NCBI GenBank assembly: GCA_964449215.1
Contig: CAYVAH010000006.1
Location: 1-24,293, forward strand
Reading direction: 5' to 3'
Length of the DNA: 24,293 nucleotides
Source of the DNA: Candidatus Undinarchaeota archaeon
Lineage (GTDB): Archaea > SpSt-1190
The notes beneath the pieces are model-generated. The model ran no database searches, was not told the DNA's origin, and saw only the letters and a list, made by a program, of their open reading frames with translations. Position 1 is the stretch's first letter; each line of letters opens with the position of its first letter. Positions 15,038 through 23,169 of the stretch are shown piece by piece. The position numbers and the translations under genes were made by a program.

Positions 15038-15802
15038 TCACCCTATGTATCTGAGCTCGTCACCGGGCTTGCTGAGCCTCTTTGCCATCTGTTCCTCGAG
15101 TTCCCTTGCCCTGGATATGGCCTTGTCGAGCTCCTTGGCCTTGATGTTCATGTCCTTCATGTCCAGCTCAATCCCGAAATGTGGGAGGAGTATCTCAAGC
15201 ACGGCCTTGGCTGCCCGGGCATCCGTGAACAGGGGCCTCGAAAAGGTCTCGCTCATCAGGCAGACACCCTCAAAGCCCTGGAGTTTCCCAAGCCCGAGCA
15301 GGAGACCACTGGCACCGACTATCATTCCCACTCTTTCCCCATTCTCGAACATCACCCCAAGTCTTTTGAACTCCTCAACAATCTTTTCATCGGTGGCTGC
15401 CCCGAGCACCGTCGGTTTTTTGGGAATGCCCTCAATACCATAGCCACCAACGGTGATTATTTTTTTCACGCCAAGCCCCTTGCAGAACTTCAGCACCTCT
15501 CCCACAATCTCGTAGTGCCCCTGGGGAGTCATGCTCTGGAAGTCCCCTGTGAGAAATACGAGGTCCTGCTTGCTCCCCTTGTAGAAATAGAACTCATTCT
15601 TTGGCAGGTCCACCAGACTGCCTTCATCTATGAACACGTGGTAGGGGAAGTTATCACTGTAAATCTCGGCAAATTTCTTCGCCTTGAGCTTGTCAATCAT
15701 ATACTCCACAGTCATCTTTCCGACGTTCCCGATCCCGGGAAGGCCCTCGACAAGGGTTGGCTTGTAGAGGATTGGCCTTTCCTGAACTTTCCAGATTATC
15801 AT
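15038..15802 (-). CDS. PAC2-family proteasome assembly chaperone
   Basis: EGLPGIGNVGK, GDFQS, GGY, IVGASGLLLG, CLM.ET, DARAAK, and a C-terminal YIG. Follows nop10. Confidence 0.92.
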   Translation of the reverse strand: MIIWKVQERPILYKPTLVEGLPGIGNVGKMTVEYMIDKLKAKKFAEIYSDNFPYHVFIDEGSLVDLPKNEFYFYKGSKQDLVFLTGDFQSMTPQGHYEIVGEVLKFCKGLGVKKIITVGGYGIEGIPKKPTVLGAATDEKIVEEFKRLGVMFENGERVGMIVGASGLLLGLGKLQGFEGVCLMSETFSRPLFTDARAAKAVLEILLPHFGIELDMKDMNIKAKELDKAISRARELEEQMAKRLSKPGDELRYIG

Positions 15803-15948
15803 ATGTTTATCCCCTTTGCTTTCAATCTTTCTCTCCAGTATTTATCGTCCTCTGACCAGGAAGGAGGTTCCGGGTTCACAGCCTTCCCGCCGCAGGGACA
15901 CTCCGTCAGCACATAGTTTCCACATTTCTTGCATTTTTTCAGTTTCAC
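15799..15948 (-). CDS. nop10: H/ACA RNP subunit Nop10
   Basis: MKLKKCKKCGNYVLTECPCGGKAVNPEPPSWSEDDKYWRERL (zinc ribbon plus PP.S..DKY..R). GTG 15948 with a TATA box 27 nt upstream. Confidence 0.9.
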   Translation of the reverse strand: MKLKKCKKCGNYVLTECPCGGKAVNPEPPSWSEDDKYWRERLKAKGINI

Positions 15949-16011
15949 AGAGGCATTAAAAGGGGAGCTATAAAATCTTTTTCTATTTAAATTCCTGGGG
16001 GAAAAAAGAAA

Positions 16012-16509
16012 GTGAAGGTAGCCATAACAGGGACTCCAGGGACTGGGAAGACCAGAGTGGCGAAAAAACTTGGGAGCGCCCTTGGGTTTCCTGTAATAGA
16101 CCTCAACTCCTTGCTTGTTAAGGAATATGCACTCGGGAGGGACATTGACAGGGACACCACTGTTGTTGATATTTACCGGGCATCCAGGACCATAAAACTC
16201 CCAGGGGACTGTGTGGTGGATGGCCATCTGAGCCATTTCCTCGGTGCGGATGTGGTGGTCGTCCTGAGATGTAAGCCGGGGGAGCTCCGCAGGAGGCTCA
16301 GAAACAAGGGCTGGGCAGAGGAAAAGGTCCGGGAGAACGCAGAGGCTGAGGCACTGAACATCATCTCCCTGGAGGCCAGGGAGAACAACAAGCGTGTATT
16401 CGACATAGATACCACCGAAAAATCTGTGAATGAAGTCGTCGAGGAAATTATCAAAGCCATCAAGGAAAACCGCCCGGACGAAGGTCTGGACTTCCTCGAA
16501 TTCCTCTAA
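16012..16509 (+). CDS. Adenylate kinase AK6/Fap7 family
   Basis: ITGTPGTGKT, DGHLSH, VLRC.P..L..RL..KGW..KV.EN.EAE, IDTT. Confidence 0.92.
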   Translation: MKVAITGTPGTGKTRVAKKLGSALGFPVIDLNSLLVKEYALGRDIDRDTTVVDIYRASRTIKLPGDCVVDGHLSHFLGADVVVVLRCKPGELRRRLRNKGWAEEKVRENAEAEALNIISLEARENNKRVFDIDTTEKSVNEVVEEIIKAIKENRPDEGLDFLEFL

Positions 16510-16540
16510 AACTTTAAAACTGTGGGGGAGCTATCAGTAT

Positions 16541-16951
16541 ATGGAATCAAAGGAAAACCTGCAAACGAAAATTATCCAGCTTGACTATCTTAACCAGCAG
16601 ATAAAGGCCATGCAGCTTCACCTCTCCGATGTGGAAAAGGCGATAGACGAGCTGAGTGTGCTGAAGGTCGGTCTAAACAACATTGGGGAAGCAAAGAAGG
16701 GTGACGAGGTTCTTGTTCCCCTTGGTGCATCTTCATACGCGAGGGCAAGACTTTCGAGCACTGAAAAGGTTCTCGTGAGCATAGGTGCGGGAGTGTTCGT
16801 TGAGAAGCTCGTGGAGGAGGCGGTCCCAATTGTGGAAAGGCAGGTGGAAGAACTGCAAAGGCAGGAGGAGATGGTCATTCGGAACATCTCCTTACTGAAC
16901 CAGGAAGCAGACAGCCTGGCAGAAGAGCTCAACAAGGAGATGAAGGCTTGA
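16541..16951 (+). CDS. pfdA: Prefoldin subunit alpha
   Basis: Coiled coils flanking EVLVPLGA and KVLVSIGAGVFVEK hairpins. Precedes ftsY; ATG 16541 with a TATA box 28 nt upstream. Confidence 0.93.
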   Translation: MESKENLQTKIIQLDYLNQQIKAMQLHLSDVEKAIDELSVLKVGLNNIGEAKKGDEVLVPLGASSYARARLSSTEKVLVSIGAGVFVEKLVEEAVPIVERQVEELQRQEEMVIRNISLLNQEADSLAEELNKEMKA

Positions 16952-16952
16952 A

Positions 16953-17759
16953 ATGTTTGGCTTCCTCAAAAAGAAGATACAGCAAGTCCTTACAAAAACC
17001 ATTCAAAAAGACCCGACTCCAGAACTTGAAACGGCACTTATTGAGGCGGGAGTTTCCTTGGAGGTTGTTGACAGGCTCATTGACAGTGTGAGGGAGAGCA
17101 AGCAGCCGAAAAAAGCCCTGAGAAGGTCGTTGCTGAAGTGCATGAAAGCCGAACGTATCCGCGTGAAAGGAAAGCCCTTCGTTGTGATGCTCGTTGGGAT
17201 AAATGGCACCGGGAAAACAACGACACTGGCAAAGCTCGCCTACAGGTTCAAGAAGAAAGGGAAAACTGTTGTGGCGGCTGCAGGTGATACCTTCCGGGCA
17301 GCCGCACTGGAACAGCTTGAAGAGCACTGCCGGCGGATTGAGATCCCGGTGGTGAAACAGAGATATGGGGCTGACCCCGCAGCCGTTGCCTATGATGCGA
17401 TAGAGCACGCGAAGGCGAAGGGCATCGACGTGGTGCTCATAGACACTTCCGGGAGACTCCATGTGGATTCCGGGCTGATGAGGGAGCTGGAAAAAATAAA
17501 GCGTGTTGCGAAACCCGACCTGTCCCTGCTGGTGATAGATGCCACAACCGGTAATGACGCTGTGGAGCAGTCAAAGGCATTTTCTCACCTGATAGACGGG
17601 ATAATTGTGGCAAAAGCTGATGTTGATGAACGTGGAGGCGCAATCATTTCCGTATCAGCCACCACCGGAAAGCCCATATACTTCCTCGGAACCGGGCAGG
17701 ATTATGGGGACCTGCGGGAGTTCTCACCTGAAAAAGTTGTGAAGGAGCTGGGGTTGTAA
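16953..17759 (+). CDS. ftsY: Signal recognition particle receptor FtsY (short NG-only form)
   Basis: GINGTGKTTT.AKLA, GDTFRAAA.EQL, DPAAVAYDA, DTSGR, DATTGNDA, GTGQ.Y.DL. Confidence 0.96.
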   Translation: MFGFLKKKIQQVLTKTIQKDPTPELETALIEAGVSLEVVDRLIDSVRESKQPKKALRRSLLKCMKAERIRVKGKPFVVMLVGINGTGKTTTLAKLAYRFKKKGKTVVAAAGDTFRAAALEQLEEHCRRIEIPVVKQRYGADPAAVAYDAIEHAKAKGIDVVLIDTSGRLHVDSGLMRELEKIKRVAKPDLSLLVIDATTGNDAVEQSKAFSHLIDGIIVAKADVDERGGAIISVSATTGKPIYFLGTGQDYGDLREFSPEKVVKELGL

Positions 17760-17789
17760 CTTATATAAACTCCATAGTGGTTAATTTCC

Positions 17790-18518
17790 ATGCGCAGAGT
17801 TACCCTGTATGGTGACCGAGGGAAATACGTCCTGAAGGACCTCGGCATGTATTCCCTGGCAAAAGAAGACGGGGGATCCGTCTATGGGAAACTGCTCAAG
17901 CTCACAAAAAACGGGAGTCCTTATCTCCTCTTCATAACTGATGGAGTGCAGCCGGGAAAATACCTTCTTGGAAGGGAACCCGCGCCTTCAAAACGGCTTG
18001 CCAGGAAGCTGGAAAAGTACAGGGGCAAACTGGAACTCTACAAGGAGCAGGGCAAGAAACGCCGGGCGAAAAAGATGGAAAAAAAGCTTGAGAAGCTGAA
18101 GCCCGTTCCCAGGGGAGGGGTTACAGTCTATGTGCTGCCCGGGGAGACCTATCCCCTCCCGGACGCCAAGGAAAAGCCGGCATTCAACCTGGGTAAGGTC
18201 TTTGAACGCCCCATAACAGGTATGGCCGCAACCAGCCTCGGTGCCGGGCTTGCATACTCCGGGGCCATTGCTGGGAGTGCCCTGGGGGCCCTGTATGGAG
18301 CGTTGCTGATGAGTTCGCTGGGATTCCTTGGGTTCCTTCCCCCCCTCCTGAAAGGGCTATACAGGGCTGGAAAGAGGATAAAGGCCTATGCCAAGGGCGA
18401 AAAGCTGCCTCCCCGAAAGAAGGAACGGAAACTGCTGAAGAATGCCCCAAAAATAGTCGAGGAGCTGGAGAAACTTCTGGCACCACAGCAATATAAAACT
18501 TCCAAGGACAGTAGTTAG
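17790..18518 (+). CDS. Hypothetical lysine-rich protein with a glycine-zipper hydrophobic segment
   Basis: 242-aa ORF with TTATATAA 29 nt upstream. Contains GAIAGSALGALYG (GxxxGxxxGxxxG). Confidence 0.75.
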   Translation: MRRVTLYGDRGKYVLKDLGMYSLAKEDGGSVYGKLLKLTKNGSPYLLFITDGVQPGKYLLGREPAPSKRLARKLEKYRGKLELYKEQGKKRRAKKMEKKLEKLKPVPRGGVTVYVLPGETYPLPDAKEKPAFNLGKVFERPITGMAATSLGAGLAYSGAIAGSALGALYGALLMSSLGFLGFLPPLLKGLYRAGKRIKAYAKGEKLPPRKKERKLLKNAPKIVEELEKLLAPQQYKTSKDSS

Positions 18519-19211
18519 GTGGACAGGAAGATACTGGCAAAGGTGTTTGACAGGCCCACCTTGATGAACATCCATGCTCTGTTCAACAGAGGGGTGTTCC
18601 AGAACTTTGGGGGTCCTGTCGCCGATGGAAAGGAAGCCAGGGTTTTCACGGCCCACAATGATGAGACACTCGCAGTGAAAGTTTACAAGGTGGAAGCAGG
18701 CACCTTCAAGATGATACACCGTTATATGCAAGGAGACCCAAGGTTCAGGACCACGGGAAGCAAGAGGAGTCTCGTGAACAGCTGGGTGCGGAAGGAGTTC
18801 GGCAACCTGAAACGCCTCTACGGTGCGGGGGTGAGCGTCCCGAGGCCATATGCCTTTCGCGGGAATGTGCTTGTGATGCAGTTCATAGGCGGGGAGTCCC
18901 CTGCACCATCAATAAAGGATGTCGAGCTCCGCCACCCCAAAAAGACTCTGAGAAACATAGTTGAAGACCTTGCAAGAGCCTATAACCTTGCAAGGATCGT
19001 CCATGCTGACTTGAGTGAATACAATATTTTGATGTGGAAGGGAAGGCATTACCTCATAGATGTCGGTCAGGCCGTGGACACGAGGCATCCACATGCCAGG
19101 GAATGGCTGGAAAGGGATGTTCGAAACCTCTGCAGGTTCTTTTCCAGGTGGGTGAGTGTCAGCCCGGGAGAGCTACTCAAAATCATATATAGGGGGGAGG
19201 GAAATGATTGA
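18519..19211 (+). CDS. rio1: RIO1-family serine/threonine kinase
   Basis: GKEARVF, AVKVY, Y..GDPRF, W..KEF.NL, HADLSEYNIL, IDVGQAV. Confidence 0.96.
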   Translation: MDRKILAKVFDRPTLMNIHALFNRGVFQNFGGPVADGKEARVFTAHNDETLAVKVYKVEAGTFKMIHRYMQGDPRFRTTGSKRSLVNSWVRKEFGNLKRLYGAGVSVPRPYAFRGNVLVMQFIGGESPAPSIKDVELRHPKKTLRNIVEDLARAYNLARIVHADLSEYNILMWKGRHYLIDVGQAVDTRHPHAREWLERDVRNLCRFFSRWVSVSPGELLKIIYRGEGND

Positions 19212-19719
19212 GGTGGAACAGATAGTGAGCATACCTGAAGAGAAAACCGGGTTGCTGGTCGGCAAAGGAGGCAAGACGAAAAGGGAAATCGAGAAGATGG
19301 GAAAGGTCCGGTTGAAGGTCACGGAAGGGACCGTCCGAGTTTCCGGGGAAAGCCTGGACGTGCTCAAGGCCTCGGAGGTGGTGAGGGCGATGGGACTTGG
19401 ATTCACGAAAGAGGAAGCCTTCAACCTTTTCAGCGATGACCAGCAGCTTGCCATCTTTGACCTCGCGGAGATCGTTCCGGAGTCCCAGCTCCGGAGGGTC
19501 TGCGGCAGGATAATAGGGGAGCGCGGAAAGGCAAAACTCCACCTGGAAAAGAGGCTGGGAATTCGCATTCTTGTGCTCAGGGATAAAGTGGCTGCCATTG
19601 GGCCCCCTCCAAGAATCAGGGTTTTTCAGGAGGTCCTTGACAGGCTTCTTCACGGGGCAACCCACTCCAGTGCTTACAGGCACCTGGAAAGGAGGCTAGC
19701 ATCTTTAGAGAAAATTTAA
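19204..19719 (+). CDS. KH-domain RNA-processing protein (Dim2/Pno1/Krr1 family)
   Basis: LVGKGGKTK..IE, RA..LGF, GRIIGERGK, L.HGATHSSAY..LE. Lies between rio1 and top6B. Confidence 0.92.
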   Translation: MIEVEQIVSIPEEKTGLLVGKGGKTKREIEKMGKVRLKVTEGTVRVSGESLDVLKASEVVRAMGLGFTKEEAFNLFSDDQQLAIFDLAEIVPESQLRRVCGRIIGERGKAKLHLEKRLGIRILVLRDKVAAIGPPPRIRVFQEVLDRLLHGATHSSAYRHLERRLASLEKI

Positions 19720-19742
19720 ATACCCCTGCTTTTTTCTTTTCC

Positions 19743-21449
19743 GTGGATATTGACAAGGAATTCAGTAAAAAGTTCAGGGAAGTCGGTGTAGCCGAATTTT
19801 TCCGAAAAAACCTCCAGATGCTGGGTTACTCGGGTGCAATCCGGAGTTTCACCACAATAATCCACGAGTTTGTTACGAATGGGCTGGATGCATGTGAGGA
19901 ATATGGCATTTTGCCAAACATAACCGTTAAAATAAAGGACTTGAGCAAAATAAAGAAAGGAAAGAAACTCAAGAGGCTCGAAACGCTTGAAAAAAGGCTG
20001 GAAAAAGCTCAGGCCTCGGGAAGCGCCTCCCAGATAGAGAAGGTCGAAAAGGAGATTGCAAAGCTCGAAAAGGAGCTGGAGAATATAGGAGGGCATTTCA
20101 TAGTCACGGTGGAGGACAATGGACCGGGAATACCTGCCGAATATGTGCCGAAGGTGTTCGGTTCTATGCTCTCAGGAACCAAGTTTCACAGGTACATCCA
20201 AAGCCGCGGACAGCAGGGGATTGGAGCTGTTGGAGCGGTGCTTTTCAGCCAGATGACCACCGGGAAGCCAACCAAAATTGTGACATCAACGGGTAATGGA
20301 AAGGCTTCTGTGGTGTTTCTCCGGGTGGATGTGGAGCGCAACAGGGCCCAGGTCGTCAACGAGTCCGTGGTCGAAGCCGACTGGAGGGGAACCCGAATAG
20401 TCTCGGAGTTCAAGAACATTATTTACAGGAGGGGGGACCAGAGCCCATATGAATACCTGAGGAGGACTGCAATAGCCAACCCACACGCCACAATCACACT
20501 TGTGGAACCAAACGGGAAAAAAACGGTGTGGAGGCGGACCTCAAAGAAAGTTCCGCCCCTGCCAAAGGAGATGAAACCCCACCCTCTGGGGCTCACTGCT
20601 GACGACCTCCTCAGCCTCGCGAAGAAGAGCAATGCAAGGAAGTTGGGCAGTTTTCTCCAGTCGGACTTTTCAAGAATAAGTTCCAGGAAGTCCGCAGAGA
20701 TTTTGAAGAAGGCCAAAGTCGAAGACAAGGACCCCACCAAGATGTCCCACACCGAAGCCGAACGGATCGTGCACGCCTTCAAACAGGTTAAACTCCTCCG
20801 CCCATCCACAGAGGGAATGACGCCCATAGAGGAGGACCACCTCGAGAAGAGCCTGAAAGAAATTCTCCAGGCAAAATTCATCAGGGCGAGGACCCGGAAG
20901 CCCAGTGTTTACAGGGGCGGCATACCCTTCCAGGTTGAGGTGGCCATAGCCTATGGTGGGGGAGCTGGGAGAAACACCGGTGAGGGCAAAAAGATGGAGA
21001 TAATGAGGTTCGCAAACAAGGCCCCCCTGCTCTTCGATGCCGGGGCCTGCGCCATAAACAACGCCATACGCAGTATCAACTGGAAGAACTACCACATAGG
21101 TGACTTCGAAACCGCGCCACTCACAGTCCTTGTGAACGTGATATCTCCACACATACCCTATCAATCGGCGGGGAAGCAAGCTGTTGCGGGGGACGAGGAT
21201 GTCACAAGGGAAATCAGGTTCGCCGTTATGGAGGTGGGCAGGAGCCTGAAGAAATATATCTCAGGCATACACAGGGAAGCCCTCAAAGCAAAGAGGCGGA
21301 ATGTGTTCTTGAAATATGCCCCTGAGGTGGCGGAGGCCCTCAGTAAGATAAGTGGAAAGAAGAAAGAACCCATAGAGACCATGCTTGTGGGAATCATAGA
21401 AAAAAGGATAAGACTCAAAGAACAGGAGGAGGCGGGGGAATCCGCGTAA
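19743..21449 (+). CDS. top6B: DNA topoisomerase VI subunit B
   Basis: AEFF.KN..MLGY, HEFVTNGLDACE, EDNGPGI, QSRGQQGIG, KPHP.G, RFANKAPL, PY.SAGK. Confidence 0.97.
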   Translation: MDIDKEFSKKFREVGVAEFFRKNLQMLGYSGAIRSFTTIIHEFVTNGLDACEEYGILPNITVKIKDLSKIKKGKKLKRLETLEKRLEKAQASGSASQIEKVEKEIAKLEKELENIGGHFIVTVEDNGPGIPAEYVPKVFGSMLSGTKFHRYIQSRGQQGIGAVGAVLFSQMTTGKPTKIVTSTGNGKASVVFLRVDVERNRAQVVNESVVEADWRGTRIVSEFKNIIYRRGDQSPYEYLRRTAIANPHATITLVEPNGKKTVWRRTSKKVPPLPKEMKPHPLGLTADDLLSLAKKSNARKLGSFLQSDFSRISSRKSAEILKKAKVEDKDPTKMSHTEAERIVHAFKQVKLLRPSTEGMTPIEEDHLEKSLKEILQAKFIRARTRKPSVYRGGIPFQVEVAIAYGGGAGRNTGEGKKMEIMRFANKAPLLFDAGACAINNAIRSINWKNYHIGDFETAPLTVLVNVISPHIPYQSAGKQAVAGDEDVTREIRFAVMEVGRSLKKYISGIHREALKAKRRNVFLKYAPEVAEALSKISGKKKEPIETMLVGIIEKRIRLKEQEEAGESA

Positions 21450-21482
21450 ATTCTTATATACCTTTCATGCCTGGTAGTCTGG

Positions 21483-22763
21483 ATGCTTGACATAAAGCTT
21501 TTTAGGGAGAATCCGGGGGTTGTGGAAGAGAACCTGAGGAAAAGGGGCATGGACACTTCCCCCGTAAAAGAAATAATAGCCCTCGACGAGATGTGGAGAA
21601 AGAAGCTTTTCAGGCTTGACAGTCTGAGGAAGGAAAGGAATGAGCTGTCACAGAAGGTGGCGAAAGGGAAGAAGTCCCTGCTCGGGAGGGCAAAGGAGCT
21701 AAAGGTCGAGATAGAAAAACTTGAGAGGGAAGTCCCAGAGCTCAAGGAGAAGAGGGACAGACTTCTAATGCGGATGCCGAACATTCTCCATCCCGAGGTC
21801 CCGAAGGGCAAGGATGACAGTGAGAACGTGCCCGTAAGGTATTGGGGGAAGCCCATGGTGAAAAAGGGCACGAGCTGGGACTACCCCGTCGAGCCAAGAT
21901 GGGTGAATTTTGACCCCCTGGACCACATCGATCTGCTGGTGCCCAGATATGCCGACATAGAAAGGGCCGCCAAAGTTTCCGGAGCACGTTTCTATTACCT
22001 GAAGGGGAAACTCGTCGAGCTGGAATCGGCACTCCTCCGATTCGCCCTCGACTACCTGAAAAAGAAGGGGTTCACAATCGTGGAGCCACCCTTCATGATA
22101 AGAGAAAGAGCAATGAGGGGGGTGACGGACTTCACAGCCTTTGAGGACACGCTTTACAGGGTGGAGGGGGAAGACCTCTACATGATTGCCACTGCGGAGC
22201 ATCCCCTGGCCTCTCTGCACATGGACGAAATACTTGATGGTGCAAGACTGCCCTTGAAGTATGCCGGAATCAGCCCTTGCTTCCGCAAAGAAGCCGGCAG
22301 TCATGGCAGGGACACCAAGGGGATCTTCCGTGTCCATCAATTCAACAAGGTTGAGCAGTTCATATTCTGCAAGCCGGAGGAGAGCTGGGAGCTGCACGAA
22401 AAGATTACAAGGAATATAGAGGAGATCTTCAGGAAACTTGAGATACCCCACAGGGTCGTGGAGATATGCACCGGAGACATAGGTTACGTTGCAGCCCGGA
22501 AATACGACCTTGAAGCATGGCTTCCAGGGCAGGGGAAATTCAGGGAAATGGGAAGCAGCAGCAACTGCACGGACTGGCAGTCCCGGGGGCTGAACATCAG
22601 GTACCGTTCCGGGGGGGACAAGCAGTTTGTGCACACACTCAACAACACTGCCATAGCAACCCCGAGAGCAGCCATAGCCGTTGTCGAGAACTTCCAGCAA
22701 GAGGACGGGAGCATAAAGATACCGAAGGTCCTTCACAAATACCTTGATTTCAAGGAGATGTGA
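21483..22763 (+). CDS. serS: Serine--tRNA ligase
   Basis: MLDIK..REN plus coiled-coil arm, ATAEH, FRKEAGSHGRDTKGIFRVHQFNKVE, SSSNCTDWQSR, HTLN.TA. Confidence 0.98.
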   Translation: MLDIKLFRENPGVVEENLRKRGMDTSPVKEIIALDEMWRKKLFRLDSLRKERNELSQKVAKGKKSLLGRAKELKVEIEKLEREVPELKEKRDRLLMRMPNILHPEVPKGKDDSENVPVRYWGKPMVKKGTSWDYPVEPRWVNFDPLDHIDLLVPRYADIERAAKVSGARFYYLKGKLVELESALLRFALDYLKKKGFTIVEPPFMIRERAMRGVTDFTAFEDTLYRVEGEDLYMIATAEHPLASLHMDEILDGARLPLKYAGISPCFRKEAGSHGRDTKGIFRVHQFNKVEQFIFCKPEESWELHEKITRNIEEIFRKLEIPHRVVEICTGDIGYVAARKYDLEAWLPGQGKFREMGSSSNCTDWQSRGLNIRYRSGGDKQFVHTLNNTAIATPRAAIAVVENFQQEDGSIKIPKVLHKYLDFKEM

Positions 22764-23121
22764 GTGGGTACTCGGCCTCCGCCAGCCTGTCATTGTCGCA
22801 CCACAGCTCCACGCGGAGCCTGTCAATCGTGTCCCCGATCCGCAGGGCGAGGGTGTCACTGATTGTTCCCGTCCGCTCTGTGAGGACATGTATGTTGTTA
22901 CCCGCCTCGTGACCCGGTTTGTCATATCTGAATGGTCCGTAGAACACCAAAAAGCAAGATTTCTCCCACGGTGCCTCATAGCTCACTGAAAAGTCAACTG
23001 TGTCATTCCCGAGGGTTGCCGACTCGATTTCAACGCCCGGTTGGACGGGGGTCCAAGAAGGAAGGACGAAGAAAAACGCCAAGGCAACCAATCCAACCAC
23101 AATAAGCAGTTCCCTGTCCAC
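22750..23121 (-). CDS. Hypothetical N-terminally anchored or secreted beta-rich protein
   Basis: N-terminal hydrophobic helix, then alternating beta-strand pattern with two Cys. TATA box 27 nt upstream. Confidence 0.72.
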   Translation of the reverse strand: MDRELLIVVGLVALAFFFVLPSWTPVQPGVEIESATLGNDTVDFSVSYEAPWEKSCFLVFYGPFRYDKPGHEAGNNIHVLTERTGTISDTLALRIGDTIDRLRVELWCDNDRLAEAEYPLTSP

Positions 23122-23141
23122 TGAATTGAGTTTCGCTAAAG

Positions 23142-23148
23142 TTTTTAA
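23142..23148. promoter_or_regulatory. Bidirectional TATA-like box (TTTTTAA / TTAAAAA)
   Basis: Lies midway between the divergent GTG starts at 23121 and 23170. Confidence 0.55.
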
Positions 23149-23169
23149 CTCTTTAGCTTCCTTCCTTGG

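Noticed and set aside
14843..15916. 357-aa plus-strand ORF
   Set aside because: It is antisense to nop10, PAC2 and aIF1A, with typical shadow-frame composition.
15949..16236. Long N-terminal extension on Nop10 in the ORF track
   Set aside because: It overlaps the divergent AK6 gene. Nop10 homology and TATA spacing indicate GTG 15948.
19944..20087. Possible intein in Top6B
   Set aside because: Too short, and lacks the C/S start and HN end of inteins.
21765..22979. 404-aa minus-strand ORF
   Set aside because: It is antisense to serS, with no motifs or promoter.
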